DNA of 64,000 nt from assembly GCA_040882565.1 (NCBI GenBank), contig JBBEAZ010000030.1, positions 3,447 through 67,446 on the forward strand, in the 5' to 3' direction. Shown one piece after another: positions 9,532 through 18,227 of the stretch. Below the pieces are notes generated by a model. It had not been told where the DNA came from, did no database searches, and saw nothing but the letters and a program-made list of their open reading frames with translations. How positions within the stretch are numbered: the first letter of the stretch is position 1; each line of letters opens with the position of its first letter. A program made the translations under genes and the position numbers. The DNA is from Dehalococcoidia bacterium (GTDB lineage Bacteria; Chloroflexota; Dehalococcoidia; SM23-28-2; RBG-16-64-32).

Positions 9532-9732
9532 CTAGCCACCACCTACCGCGCGGACGATTTCGACTGCGTCGCCGTCCTGGACGCGTGTCTGGGGCCAATT
9601 GACGCGGCGCACGACTTCGCCGTTGATGGCGACGGCGACCTGGTTCGCTTTGACCTTGAGGGTGTCGATCAGCTCGACGATCGTCGGGGTGCCGGAGAGG
9701 TCGTGTGGTTTGCCGTTGAGCACAATAGGCAT
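9532..9732 (-). CDS. thiS: Sulfur carrier protein
   Basis: 66 aa ubiquitin-like, ends VRAVGGG. Confidence 0.95.
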   Translation of the reverse strand: MPIVLNGKPHDLSGTPTIVELIDTLKVKANQVAVAINGEVVRRVNWPQTRVQDGDAVEIVRAVGGG

Positions 9733-9733
9733 C

Positions 9734-10366
9734 TTATCGCTCCACCGGAACGACGGCCAGCGCCTCGCGCAGCTCGCGCGCCGCGCGCTCGGGCGACGCT
9801 GCCCCGAGGATGGCTGAGATGACGGCGACGCCGTCGGCCCCGGCGGCGATGACGTCGGGCACGCGCGTGGCCGTGATGCCGCCGATGGCGACGACGGGCA
9901 TGCGGACCGCGCCGGTGATCGCAGCGATCAATCCGAGGCCGGCGGGCGGCTGCCCGGGATGCGTTGTCGTCTCGTAGACGGGGCCGGCGATCACGTAGTC
10001 CGCGCCGTCAAGCTCGGCCTGTACGGCGGCCTCCAGCGCGTGCACTGAGCGCCCGATCAGGGCGATGCCGTCCGGTCGCTTGAGCGCAGCATCGTCAGGA
10101 AGGTGCAGGCCGTCGGCGGCCGCGTCTCGCGTGGCCCAGTGGTCGGTGTTGACGATGAGGAGCGCGCGGCCGGCGATTGTATCGCCGAGGCGAATCGCGA
10201 GGTGAGCGAGGGCCGCGTAGCTGAGGTCTTTTTCGCGGAGCTGCACGGCGTTCACGCCGCCAGTGACGGCTGCCGCGACCGCCTCAACCAGCGCGTCTTC
10301 GCTGCCGGCGAGTCGACGATCGCTAACGAGCATGAGGCAGGGCCGGGGCAGGACCTCGCGTGGCAT
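9734..10366 (-). CDS. ThiE/TenI-family protein (likely thiazole tautomerase TenI-like)
   Basis: VQLREKD, GLHLPD, GRSVH, GPVYETTTHP; lacks the IVND/GVHxGQ motifs of true ThiE. Confidence 0.8.
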   Translation of the reverse strand: MPREVLPRPCLMLVSDRRLAGSEDALVEAVAAAVTGGVNAVQLREKDLSYAALAHLAIRLGDTIAGRALLIVNTDHWATRDAAADGLHLPDDAALKRPDGIALIGRSVHALEAAVQAELDGADYVIAGPVYETTTHPGQPPAGLGLIAAITGAVRMPVVAIGGITATRVPDVIAAGADGVAVISAILGAASPERAARELREALAVVPVER

Positions 10367-11157
10367 CAGGCGGGGCGCGCGACTTCGCCGACGGGACTCG
10401 AGGGCTGGGCCATGTCCTTTCGTGGGATGCGACCGGCGAGATAGGCGGCGCGGCCAGCTTCGACGCCGAGCTTGAACGCGTGCGCCATGCCGACGGGATC
10501 GGTCGCCTGGGCGATGGCCGTGTTCACGAGAACGGCGTCAGCGCCGATTTCCAGTGCCAGCGAAGCCTCGGACGGCGCGCCGAGCCCGGCGTCAACGACG
10601 ACAGGCACGCCGGCGTTTTCGACGATGATCTGGATCTCCTCCAGCGTGAAGATGCCGCGGCCGGAGCCGATCGGCGAGCCGAGGGGCATAACCGTGGCGC
10701 AACCTATCGCCTCAAGGCGCTGGGCGAGGACGGGGTCGGCGTGGATGTAGGGGAGGACGACGAAATCGTCGGCGATGAGCTGCTGGGCGGCCTCAAGCGT
10801 CGCCACCGGGTCCGGGAGAAGGTACTTGGGGTCCGGGATGACTTCCAGCTTCAGCCAGTTGGAGCCGGTCAGTTCGCGGGCGAGGCGGGCGGTGAATAGC
10901 GCCTCATCCGCGGTGCGGCAGCCAGCGGTGTTCGGGAGTATCGTGTAGCGGTCCCAGTCTAGGTGGTCCATCAGGTTCTCTTCGTCGGGACGGTCGAGCG
11001 GGAGGCGGCGGATGGCGACTGTGACCATCTCGGCGCCCGAGGCGTCGATGGCGTCGCGCATCTCCTCCATCGTGCGGTACTTGCCCGTGCCAACGATGAG
11101 CCGGGAGCGGAATTGCTTTCCGGCGATGACGAGTGGATCGTTGTGGTTGGTGGTCAT
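10366..11157 (-). CDS. thiG: Thiazole synthase
   Basis: [36 protein letters not shown]. Confidence 0.97.
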   Translation of the reverse strand: MTTNHNDPLVIAGKQFRSRLIVGTGKYRTMEEMRDAIDASGAEMVTVAIRRLPLDRPDEENLMDHLDWDRYTILPNTAGCRTADEALFTARLARELTGSNWLKLEVIPDPKYLLPDPVATLEAAQQLIADDFVVLPYIHADPVLAQRLEAIGCATVMPLGSPIGSGRGIFTLEEIQIIVENAGVPVVVDAGLGAPSEASLALEIGADAVLVNTAIAQATDPVGMAHAFKLGVEAGRAAYLAGRIPRKDMAQPSSPVGEVARPA

Positions 11158-11172
11158 AACGTGTCTCCCATT

Positions 11173-12609
11173 CTACTGCCGCGCGCCGCCCGGCTGGGGC
11201 GTCGCCGGAGCCGAAAGCGGACGTTTCGTGCCGCCCCGCAGCAGGAAGCGGGCAGCGATCCAATAGGCGGTTGAGCTGAAGATCAAGCCCGGGATCGTGC
11301 CGCCGACGTAGGTGACCCAGTGCGGGACCCACGAGACGAAGTCGAGGTGCTCCAGGAGCCACGGCGGCTGCGCGGCGAAGGCGTAGAGGAAGAAGCCGCA
11401 GACCCAGACGACAAGGGCGATGATGCTGAACCCAGACGTGTACCAGTATGAGCCGGAATGCTCGTACAGTTGATCAACCTCGTAGCGGCGATGGCGCAGC
11501 AGGAAATAGTCCGCTAAGAAGATGCCGAACACCGGCACGAAGACCCCCCCGATCAGGAAGAGGAAATTCTCGTACTGGACCAGGTCGATGCTGATGGCAA
11601 CGATGACCGCGATGATGCCGACAGCGAGCGCGAGGAACTGCTGCTTGAATTTTGGAACGAGGTTCTGGATTGTGACGGCCGTGGAGTAGATGTTAGCGAA
11701 CGCCTCGTCGGTCTCGCCGAACAAGAGGACGACGAGTGCGAGCCAGCCGAGAGTGAACGGCAGCATCATCTCAACGAGGGCGGTCGTAAAGCCGCCGGGG
11801 TCGGTCTGGAGCGCTTGGACGTACATCACGCCGAGGATGAAGAACCAGGTGTTAGCGATCGCGTAGCCGATGTAGGTTCCGGCGGCGGCCGGTATAGCGC
11901 GACGGCCGAATCGGCTGTAGTCGCAGACGAGGGGCAACCAGGAGATCGGCAGCGCGACGACGACGTCGACGCCCTGCCAGAAGTTCGGGAAACCGCCGGC
12001 GCCGTCCCTTCGCCAGATCGCGCCCATGTCGTAGGCGTCGAAGAGATGGAAGGTGAGCCAGGCCGCGGCGGCGATAACGATCCAGATGCCAAAGCGCTGC
12101 ATCCACTGACGGACGACGACGATCGGCCCGCCCATTGCGAGGAGCGTGCCGATGACGCCGAAGAGGATGAGCCAGAAGTAGTAACCGGAGAAGCCCAGGT
12201 ATTCGTTGCTGAGGGCTTTGGCGGCTTGGGCCATGATGATGATCTCGAGCGCGGCCCAACCGACGAGCTGGAGGATGTTCAGGCCCGATGTCGCGAAGGA
12301 GCCGCGGATGCCCATGGGCCCGCGGAGCGCGACCATCGTCGGCACGCCCATGTCGGTGCCGGCGATGCCCACGAGCGAAAGGAGACACGTGCCGAGGGCT
12401 GTGCCGATGATCACGGCGAGAACGGCCTGCTGCGTGCCGAGGCCGGGAACGAGCAAGCTGCCGGCGACCATGACTAGCAGACTCACGGCGAGATCGCCCC
12501 AGAGGACGGCGAAGTCGAACGCGCGGAGAGTGCGGCGTTCGGGCGGTACTGGCTCCACACCCCAGTCGTCAGGGGTGCGGACGGCAATCCTCTCGATGAT
12601 CTCGGCCAC
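11173..12609 (-). CDS. NCS1-family permease, putative hydroxymethylpyrimidine transporter (CytX-like)
   Basis: 12-TM, LPISWLPLVCDYSRF, FANIYS; first gene after TPP riboswitch; RBS AGGAGG. Confidence 0.85.
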   Translation of the reverse strand: MAEIIERIAVRTPDDWGVEPVPPERRTLRAFDFAVLWGDLAVSLLVMVAGSLLVPGLGTQQAVLAVIIGTALGTCLLSLVGIAGTDMGVPTMVALRGPMGIRGSFATSGLNILQLVGWAALEIIIMAQAAKALSNEYLGFSGYYFWLILFGVIGTLLAMGGPIVVVRQWMQRFGIWIVIAAAAWLTFHLFDAYDMGAIWRRDGAGGFPNFWQGVDVVVALPISWLPLVCDYSRFGRRAIPAAAGTYIGYAIANTWFFILGVMYVQALQTDPGGFTTALVEMMLPFTLGWLALVVLLFGETDEAFANIYSTAVTIQNLVPKFKQQFLALAVGIIAVIVAISIDLVQYENFLFLIGGVFVPVFGIFLADYFLLRHRRYEVDQLYEHSGSYWYTSGFSIIALVVWVCGFFLYAFAAQPPWLLEHLDFVSWVPHWVTYVGGTIPGLIFSSTAYWIAARFLLRGGTKRPLSAPATPQPGGARQ

Positions 12610-12667
12610 GTCAGCCTCCTAATGAAACGGCGCCGCCAGCGGTGCTGACGACGCCTCGCGGCCGAAT

Positions 12668-12762
12668 CATCATCCCTACGCTGGCATTACCCAGATCAGG
12701 TCCGGCGGTCGGCGGCGGTTTCGTGCCACCCTCTCAGCCCGGCGCCCCGAGCTCCCGCATGT
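12668..12762 (-). ncRNA. TPP riboswitch
   Basis: Minus strand GGGAGC...GGCTGAGAG...GACC...ACCTGATCTGGGTAATGCCAGCGTAGGGA matches the THI-box; hairpin at ~12628-12655 before the RBS. Confidence 0.95.
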
Positions 12763-12836
12763 GTCAAAGGTCAGACTAGCATCGCGCGCGATAAGCAGTC
12801 AAACGAAACTCTGACGTGACCCAGACCGAGCGCCCG

Positions 12837-12865
12837 TTGACGCCTTCTTAACCCAGACTTATGTT
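12837..12865 (+). promoter_or_regulatory. Sigma70-like promoter
   Basis: TTGACG-N17-TATGTT upstream of the small ORF. Confidence 0.55.
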
Positions 12866-12892
12866 GGATTTACCCACAGGGAGGGTGATGAG

Positions 12893-13012
12893 ATGACGAA
12901 GGTGATGGCAGGGGCGTTCGCGATAGTCTTCGTGGCGTTCACGATCGGCAGCACATATCTCTCGGGCGATTTGACGTCCGACAGCCTGCAACGCTTCTTC
13001 GGCGTTAGCTAG
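12893..13012 (+). CDS. 39-aa single-TM microprotein (not in ORF track)
   Basis: MTKVMAGAFAIVFVAFTIGSTYLSGDLTSDSLQRFFGVS*, RBS AGGGAGGG, promoter upstream. Confidence 0.6.
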   Translation: MTKVMAGAFAIVFVAFTIGSTYLSGDLTSDSLQRFFGVS

Positions 13013-13018
13013 GCCAGG

Positions 13019-13405
13019 TCATCGCCGGCCGGCGGTGATCGTGAGCAGGAGGATGCTCGCTTCCACCGCATCAACGTTGTGCGCGACGCCGGCATCCACG
13101 ACAAGGAGGTCACCGGTGGCCAGCCGCTTCCTGGTCTTGCCCATCGTTACATCCGCCTTACCCAGGAGGCACTGGATGCTGAAGGGGCCGGCGACCGCAT
13201 GCTCCTCCAGGTTTCCGCCCTTTTCCAGGGCCAACAGGACCACCCGCAGCGGCCCTTCCTTGACCAACGTTTTAGCGGTGCGCTTGCTGCGGTTGCCGCT
13301 GACGCGCTGAAGGAGTGGCAGCATTTCTGCCTGAAGGTCGAACTGGAGGGCATCGGCCTGGAGTTTGCTGGTATCGAGGATCGTTGGCCGTTTTCTCTCA
13401 GGCAT
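13019..13405 (-). CDS. Cupin domain protein
   Basis: TAKTLVKEGPLRVVL, EEHAVAG, GVAHNVDA; ATG overlaps the thiD end. Confidence 0.8.
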   Translation of the reverse strand: MPERKRPTILDTSKLQADALQFDLQAEMLPLLQRVSGNRSKRTAKTLVKEGPLRVVLLALEKGGNLEEHAVAGPFSIQCLLGKADVTMGKTRKRLATGDLLVVDAGVAHNVDAVEASILLLTITAGRR

Positions 13406-14198
13406 CTTGGCTTTCCTTCCAGAAGTGGTTGACCGGCCCGTGGCCGCTCCCCAAAGGATACGCCCGTTGGATCGCTTCCTGTAGGTATTCGCGGGCGTGA
13501 GCGACCGCATCGACAACGGGTTCGCCGCGGGCGAGGAATGAGGCGATGGCAGACGCGAAGGTGCAACCGGTGCCATGCGTGCTCGTCGTCTGAATGCGGA
13601 GACCGCTGAACTCGTGGAACGACTCGCCGTCGAAGAGCAGGTCAATGACGGTATCGCCTTCGCGGTGGCCGCCCTTCATCACGACGTTACGGGCTCCGAG
13701 GGCGTTCAGGTCGCGGGCGGCGCGGCGAACGTCATCATCCGAGGCCAGCGTGCGGCCCAGGAGGTCTTCCGCCTCAGGGAGGTTGGGCGTCAGGACGTGG
13801 GCGAGCGGTACGAGCTTCGCACGCATCGCCTGGACGGCATCCTGACGGAGGAGACGGTCGCCGCTTTTTGCGACCATCACCGGGTCGACGACAAGGTTGC
13901 GGAAGGAATGCTCAAGCGCCTTGGCAGCGACGACCTCTATGATCGCCGCGTTGGCCAGCATGCCGGTCTTGACGGCGTCCGGCGCGATGTCCGCGTAGAT
14001 GGTATCGATCTGGAGCGCGACGAAATCAGCGGGCGCTTCGTGGATGCCGGTGACAGCCAGGGTGTTCTGCGCCGTGAGAGCGGTGATCACGGCCATGCCG
14101 TAGCAGCCGAGGGCGGACACTGTCTTGAGGTCTGCCTGGATACCAGCGCCGCCGCTAGGGTCAGAGCCGGCGATGGAGAGCACGGTGGGTGGCGTCAT
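13398..14198 (-). CDS. thiD: HMP/HMP-P kinase
   Basis: IAGSDPSGGAGIQADLKT, DPVMVAKSG, THGTGCT, GHGPVNH. Confidence 0.96.
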   Translation of the reverse strand: MTPPTVLSIAGSDPSGGAGIQADLKTVSALGCYGMAVITALTAQNTLAVTGIHEAPADFVALQIDTIYADIAPDAVKTGMLANAAIIEVVAAKALEHSFRNLVVDPVMVAKSGDRLLRQDAVQAMRAKLVPLAHVLTPNLPEAEDLLGRTLASDDDVRRAARDLNALGARNVVMKGGHREGDTVIDLLFDGESFHEFSGLRIQTTSTHGTGCTFASAIASFLARGEPVVDAVAHAREYLQEAIQRAYPLGSGHGPVNHFWKESQDA

Positions 14199-14274
14199 AG
14201 GAGATAGGGTGGCAAGCAATGGGGCGAGGCGTCAAGGTATCGGGACTGAGTCGTGGCAGTGGAGGTCTCATATA

Positions 14275-14685
14275 ATGGCGGTCGTGCCCATTGAACGGTT
14301 TGAGGTACCCACGGAGGCGCGAGAGCAATTGCGCGACATCACGGGCGAGGTGAACGGCGCGCTGGCGCGGCTGGGGGTTTCGTCGGGGATCTGCCAGGTG
14401 TTCGTGCCGCATACGACGGCGGGTCTCGTGGTGAATGAGAACGCCGATCCGGCGGTCTGCCACGACGTGCTCACGTGGCTGGCCTCGGTGGTGCCGCAGG
14501 ACGGCGGTTATCTGCACGAGGAGGGCAACTCGGCTGCGCACATCAAGGCGACGCTTGTCGGGCAGTCAGTCACGCTGCCGATCCAGACTGGGCGGCTGGC
14601 GGTCGGGACGTGGCAAGGAGTGTTTCTGGCGGAGTTCGACGGGCCGCGCCGGCGAACTGTGGTCGTCAACGTGGTGGGGTCGTGA
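14275..14685 (+). CDS. yjbQ: YjbQ / UPF0047 secondary thiamine-phosphate synthase
   Basis: PHTTAGLVVNENADP, HEEGNSAAHIK, GTWQGVFLAEFDGPR. Confidence 0.9.
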   Translation: MAVVPIERFEVPTEAREQLRDITGEVNGALARLGVSSGICQVFVPHTTAGLVVNENADPAVCHDVLTWLASVVPQDGGYLHEEGNSAAHIKATLVGQSVTLPIQTGRLAVGTWQGVFLAEFDGPRRRTVVVNVVGS

Positions 14686-15455
14686 CGGAGGAAGCGCGAG
14701 CCGTCGGTGTCGAACACGCGGCGACGGTCATCGCCGCGTCGAAGTACGTCGTGGCGCTCGTTGGCGCCGGGATGTCAGCGGAGAGTGGCGTGCCGACGTT
14801 CCGCGGGCCGGAGGGGCTCTGGACCAAGCACGGCGAGCCAGACCTGCGAGACTACGAGCGCTTTCGCGAAGACCCGAAGCGGTGGTGGGAGCGACGCCTC
14901 AATCCGGCGCCCGAGATGGCTGAGTTCGTTGCGTCGATTGCGTCGGCCGTCCCTAACAGCGGCCATTTCGCGTTGAAGGAAATGGAAGACCTTGGATTTC
15001 TCCAGGCAATAATCACGCAGAATATCGACAACCTTCATCAGGTCGCGGGGAGCGTTGCGATCATCGAGATCCACGGCAACCGCACGAAGCTGCGGTGCAC
15101 GGTTTGCTCGATGCGCTGGCCCGCGGACGAGTTTCCAATCGACCAGTTGCCGCCGTCATGCACCGAGTGTGGCGGAATCGTGAAGGGTGACACCGTGATG
15201 TTTGGGGAACCGATCCCTCCCGAGGTGCTCGACGAGTGCGTGGAACAAACGTGGAAATGCGACTGCATGCTGCTGATTGGGACGAGCGCGGTCGTGTACC
15301 CCGCGGCGCAGTTTCCGCTGGACGTGCGGCGGCTGGGCGGGAAGTTGATCGAGATCAACCCGGAGCGGACGCCTCTCTCGGATCTGTCGGAGGTCGTGAT
15401 CCGGGCGCCCTCCGGCGAGGCGCTGCCGCTGATGATGGAGCGGCTACGTGGCTGA
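14682..15455 (+). CDS. cobB: NAD-dependent protein deacylase (sirtuin)
   Basis: GAGMSAESGVPTFRG, ITQNIDNLHQ, EIHGN, two CxxC, GTSAVVYPAA. Confidence 0.9.
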   Translation: MTEEARAVGVEHAATVIAASKYVVALVGAGMSAESGVPTFRGPEGLWTKHGEPDLRDYERFREDPKRWWERRLNPAPEMAEFVASIASAVPNSGHFALKEMEDLGFLQAIITQNIDNLHQVAGSVAIIEIHGNRTKLRCTVCSMRWPADEFPIDQLPPSCTECGGIVKGDTVMFGEPIPPEVLDECVEQTWKCDCMLLIGTSAVVYPAAQFPLDVRRLGGKLIEINPERTPLSDLSEVVIRAPSGEALPLMMERLRG

Positions 15456-16686
15456 GGCGACGCAGCCGCTATCCGGCATCCGTGTGCTGGATCTGACAAT
15501 CTGGCAGCAGGGGCCGATGACGACGGCGATGCTGGCGGACTGGGGGGCGGACGTAGTCAAGATCGAGGGGCCGGACTCGCCGGACCCGGGGCGCTCACTG
15601 ATTCGCTACGAGGCGAGTCCCGGTGGCCCGAACGCGTATTTCGAGACGCACAACCGCAACAAGCGCGGGATTGTGCTGGACCTGAAGACCGAGAAGGGCC
15701 GCGACGTGTTCTACCGGCTGGTCAAGGACGCCGACATCGTGATCCAGAACTTCCGACCCGGCGTTGGCGACAAGCTTGGAATCGACTACGGGACGCTGCG
15801 GTCGCTGAACCCGCGGTTGATCTACTGCCAGGCGTCGGGATTCGGTCTCGAAGGCCCGGACGCCCAGAGGCCCGCCCTCGACCCGCTGGCGCAGGCGCGG
15901 GGGGGTGTGATGAGCGTGACGGGCGAGCCGGAGACGCCACCGACGCGAACGTTTGCAGGGTTCGCTGACCAGGTGAGCGCATTTCTGCTGTCGTACGGGA
16001 TCATGGTTGCGCTGTTCCACCGGGAGCGCACGGGGCAAGGGCAGATGGTAAACGGGTCGCTTCTGCAATCGGTGATCGCGTCGCAGGCGTTCAACATCAC
16101 GAGCTACCTGATGTCGAACACGTACGCCGGGTCGCCGATCCCGCGTATCTCACGGAAGCTGACGAGCCCGCTCTGGAACCACTACAAGGCGAAGGATGGG
16201 CGCTGGCTGATGCTGGGGATGACCCAGATCGGGCGCTACTGGCCGGTGCTGCGGAAGGCGATTGCGGACGCGACGGACGAGACGCTGGAGCCCGAGCAGA
16301 TGAGCGTGGACTGGATCCGAATGCATGCAGGTGATCTGCTGGCGCTGATCTCGCGCCTCGATGAGTTGTTCGCCGCGCAGCCGGCGGCCTACTGGCTGGA
16401 GCATCTGCGCGGATACGATTTGCTGGTGGAGTGCGTTCAGGAGTACGGCGAACTGAAGGCGGACCCGCAAGTGGTGGCGAACGGGATGCTGGCAACGTTG
16501 AACCACGCGCAGCACGGGCCGTTGCCGATCGTGGCGCCAGCGGTGAACCTGAGCGAGACGCCCGGGACGATCCGGCACGCGGCGCCGGAGTTCGGGCAGC
16601 ACACGGAAGAAGTGCTCTTGGAGGCGGGGTTCACATGGGACGAGATTGCGGGTCTGCGGGCTGACGGAGTGATCGGTCACCGGTAA
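15448..16686 (+). CDS. Class III CoA-transferase (CaiB/BaiF)
   Basis: LADWGADVVKIE, NRNKRGIVLDL, QNFRPG, APEFGQHTEEVL. Confidence 0.92.
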   Translation: MAEATQPLSGIRVLDLTIWQQGPMTTAMLADWGADVVKIEGPDSPDPGRSLIRYEASPGGPNAYFETHNRNKRGIVLDLKTEKGRDVFYRLVKDADIVIQNFRPGVGDKLGIDYGTLRSLNPRLIYCQASGFGLEGPDAQRPALDPLAQARGGVMSVTGEPETPPTRTFAGFADQVSAFLLSYGIMVALFHRERTGQGQMVNGSLLQSVIASQAFNITSYLMSNTYAGSPIPRISRKLTSPLWNHYKAKDGRWLMLGMTQIGRYWPVLRKAIADATDETLEPEQMSVDWIRMHAGDLLALISRLDELFAAQPAAYWLEHLRGYDLLVECVQEYGELKADPQVVANGMLATLNHAQHGPLPIVAPAVNLSETPGTIRHAAPEFGQHTEEVLLEAGFTWDEIAGLRADGVIGHR

Positions 16687-16702
16687 CGCTCCGGCAGACG
16701 GA

Positions 16703-17119
16703 TCAGGACGCGCGGACGGCGGTCTTTGCCTTCTCGTCCATGCCGGCGAGCATCGCAACGATGCTTGTGAGCGAGAAGATGAAGACGCCCAGCGGGATGT
16801 GGAGGGCGGCGATGTCAGGCTCGTCGCGGCCGCTGTAGCCGAGCCCGGTCTGGGCGATGATAAGGACGAGGATTAGCGCGGACCAGATGACCATCTTGTA
16901 GCGCCAGGAGTCGCGTGTGAGCCAGGCGAGAGCGAGTTGCGCGATGGCGGCGAGGACGAGGAAGTTGCCGACCATCTCGTGGACGTCCTTGAGGTCGGGC
17001 TCGCTGTAGAGGAATTGTCCGGCGAGGATGGCCTGCAGGAAGACAAGGACGGCGATGAGGCCGGCGACGGCCTGGAAGGCGCGGATCAGCCCCGGGCTAC
17101 CGGCCAAGGTCGGCGGCAC
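16703..17119 (-). CDS. 4-TM membrane protein
   Basis: Four hydrophobic segments with conserved-looking His (VHEM, LHIPLG); overlaps sigma factor end. Confidence 0.7.
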   Translation of the reverse strand: MPPTLAGSPGLIRAFQAVAGLIAVLVFLQAILAGQFLYSEPDLKDVHEMVGNFLVLAAIAQLALAWLTRDSWRYKMVIWSALILVLIIAQTGLGYSGRDEPDIAALHIPLGVFIFSLTSIVAMLAGMDEKAKTAVRAS

Positions 17120-17663
17120 GCTCGGCGGTCATCACTTTGCGCAGCTTGCGCAGGGTGCGGAAGATGATAACGCGCACGTTGGGCTCCGTGATGCCCATGA
17201 TGTCGGCGATCTGGGCGTTCGAGAGTTCGGCGTCAAACTTGAGCGAGATGATGTCCTGTTCGCGTTGCGGGAAGCACCGCACGGCGCGAGCAACGCCGGC
17301 CAACTCCTCGCGCTGGAGGATTTCGCTTTCGACAGAGGCGGTGCTCGGCGAGAGGTCGCGGATGACGTCGGGATCGACGATCGATTCCCGGCTGTGCTTG
17401 CGGGCGTGACTGATGATAGCGTTGCGGGCGATGGTGAAGAGCCAGGTGGTGAAGGCATCGGCGTCTCGCAGGGAGCCGAGCTTCACGTAGGCGCGTTCGA
17501 AGACTTCTGAGACGAGGTCCTCGGTCAGGTGGACGTTGCTGACGCGCGCGTAGATGTACGCGAAGACGCGTGGGTAGTAGGCCTCGTAGGTAGCGGCGAA
17601 GTCGTCCTGGCAGCGGACAGGCTTGGGCGCGTCGGTCTGGCGCCGGGAGGGCGATTCAAGCAC
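17097..17663 (-). CDS. ECF RNA polymerase sigma factor
   Basis: EDLVSEVFERA, FTTWLFTIARN, region-4 HTH SNAQIADIMGITEPNVRV. Confidence 0.9.
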   Translation of the reverse strand: MLESPSRRQTDAPKPVRCQDDFAATYEAYYPRVFAYIYARVSNVHLTEDLVSEVFERAYVKLGSLRDADAFTTWLFTIARNAIISHARKHSRESIVDPDVIRDLSPSTASVESEILQREELAGVARAVRCFPQREQDIISLKFDAELSNAQIADIMGITEPNVRVIIFRTLRKLRKVMTAERAADLGR

Positions 17664-17914
17664 GGATGGTGCGTCCGCTATGACAAATCGCTACTGGACA
17701 GACCAAAACCTCAGGCGCATAATGACACCTGAATTCTATATCGGTATAGATCAAAGTAGTTTTGTGCTTCATACATTGAGGCCGATGCGATGCGGAAGTA
17801 CGAATTTCTTACGAAATAGACAGAATTCACTTTAAGGATGGGCGAAAAAGGGTGTCAACCCTGTTAGTGACAATAACCCGGTGAATTCTCGGGAGATTGA
17901 GGGGTACGGATCCA

Positions 17915-18223
17915 GTGACCAAGAAGTGGAACTTCCTGAGCAACTACGGGCTGGTGCTTACCCACCTCTTCCAGAATTCCGAGGCCACACTACGCGAAAT
18001 CGCCCGCGGCACCGACCTCACAGAGCGCGCTGTGTACCAGATCGTCCGCGAGCTTGAGGAGAACGGCTTCATCAAGAAGAAGCGCGTTGGGCGCCGTAAC
18101 ACCTACACCGTGAACGAGCAGGCGCTCTTCAGCTTCCCGGTGTACGGCAGTCTCAATATCGCGCAGATGGTCGCGGCCCTGCGCCGCATCATGGACGACC
18201 GGCACGTGCCGGCCCCAGCGTAG
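17915..18223 (+). CDS. Small winged-helix transcriptional regulator
   Basis: WNFLSNYGLVL...TLREIARGTDLTERAVYQIVRELEENGFI...GRRNTY. Confidence 0.85.
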   Translation: MTKKWNFLSNYGLVLTHLFQNSEATLREIARGTDLTERAVYQIVRELEENGFIKKKRVGRRNTYTVNEQALFSFPVYGSLNIAQMVAALRRIMDDRHVPAPA

Positions 18224-18227
18224 CCCC

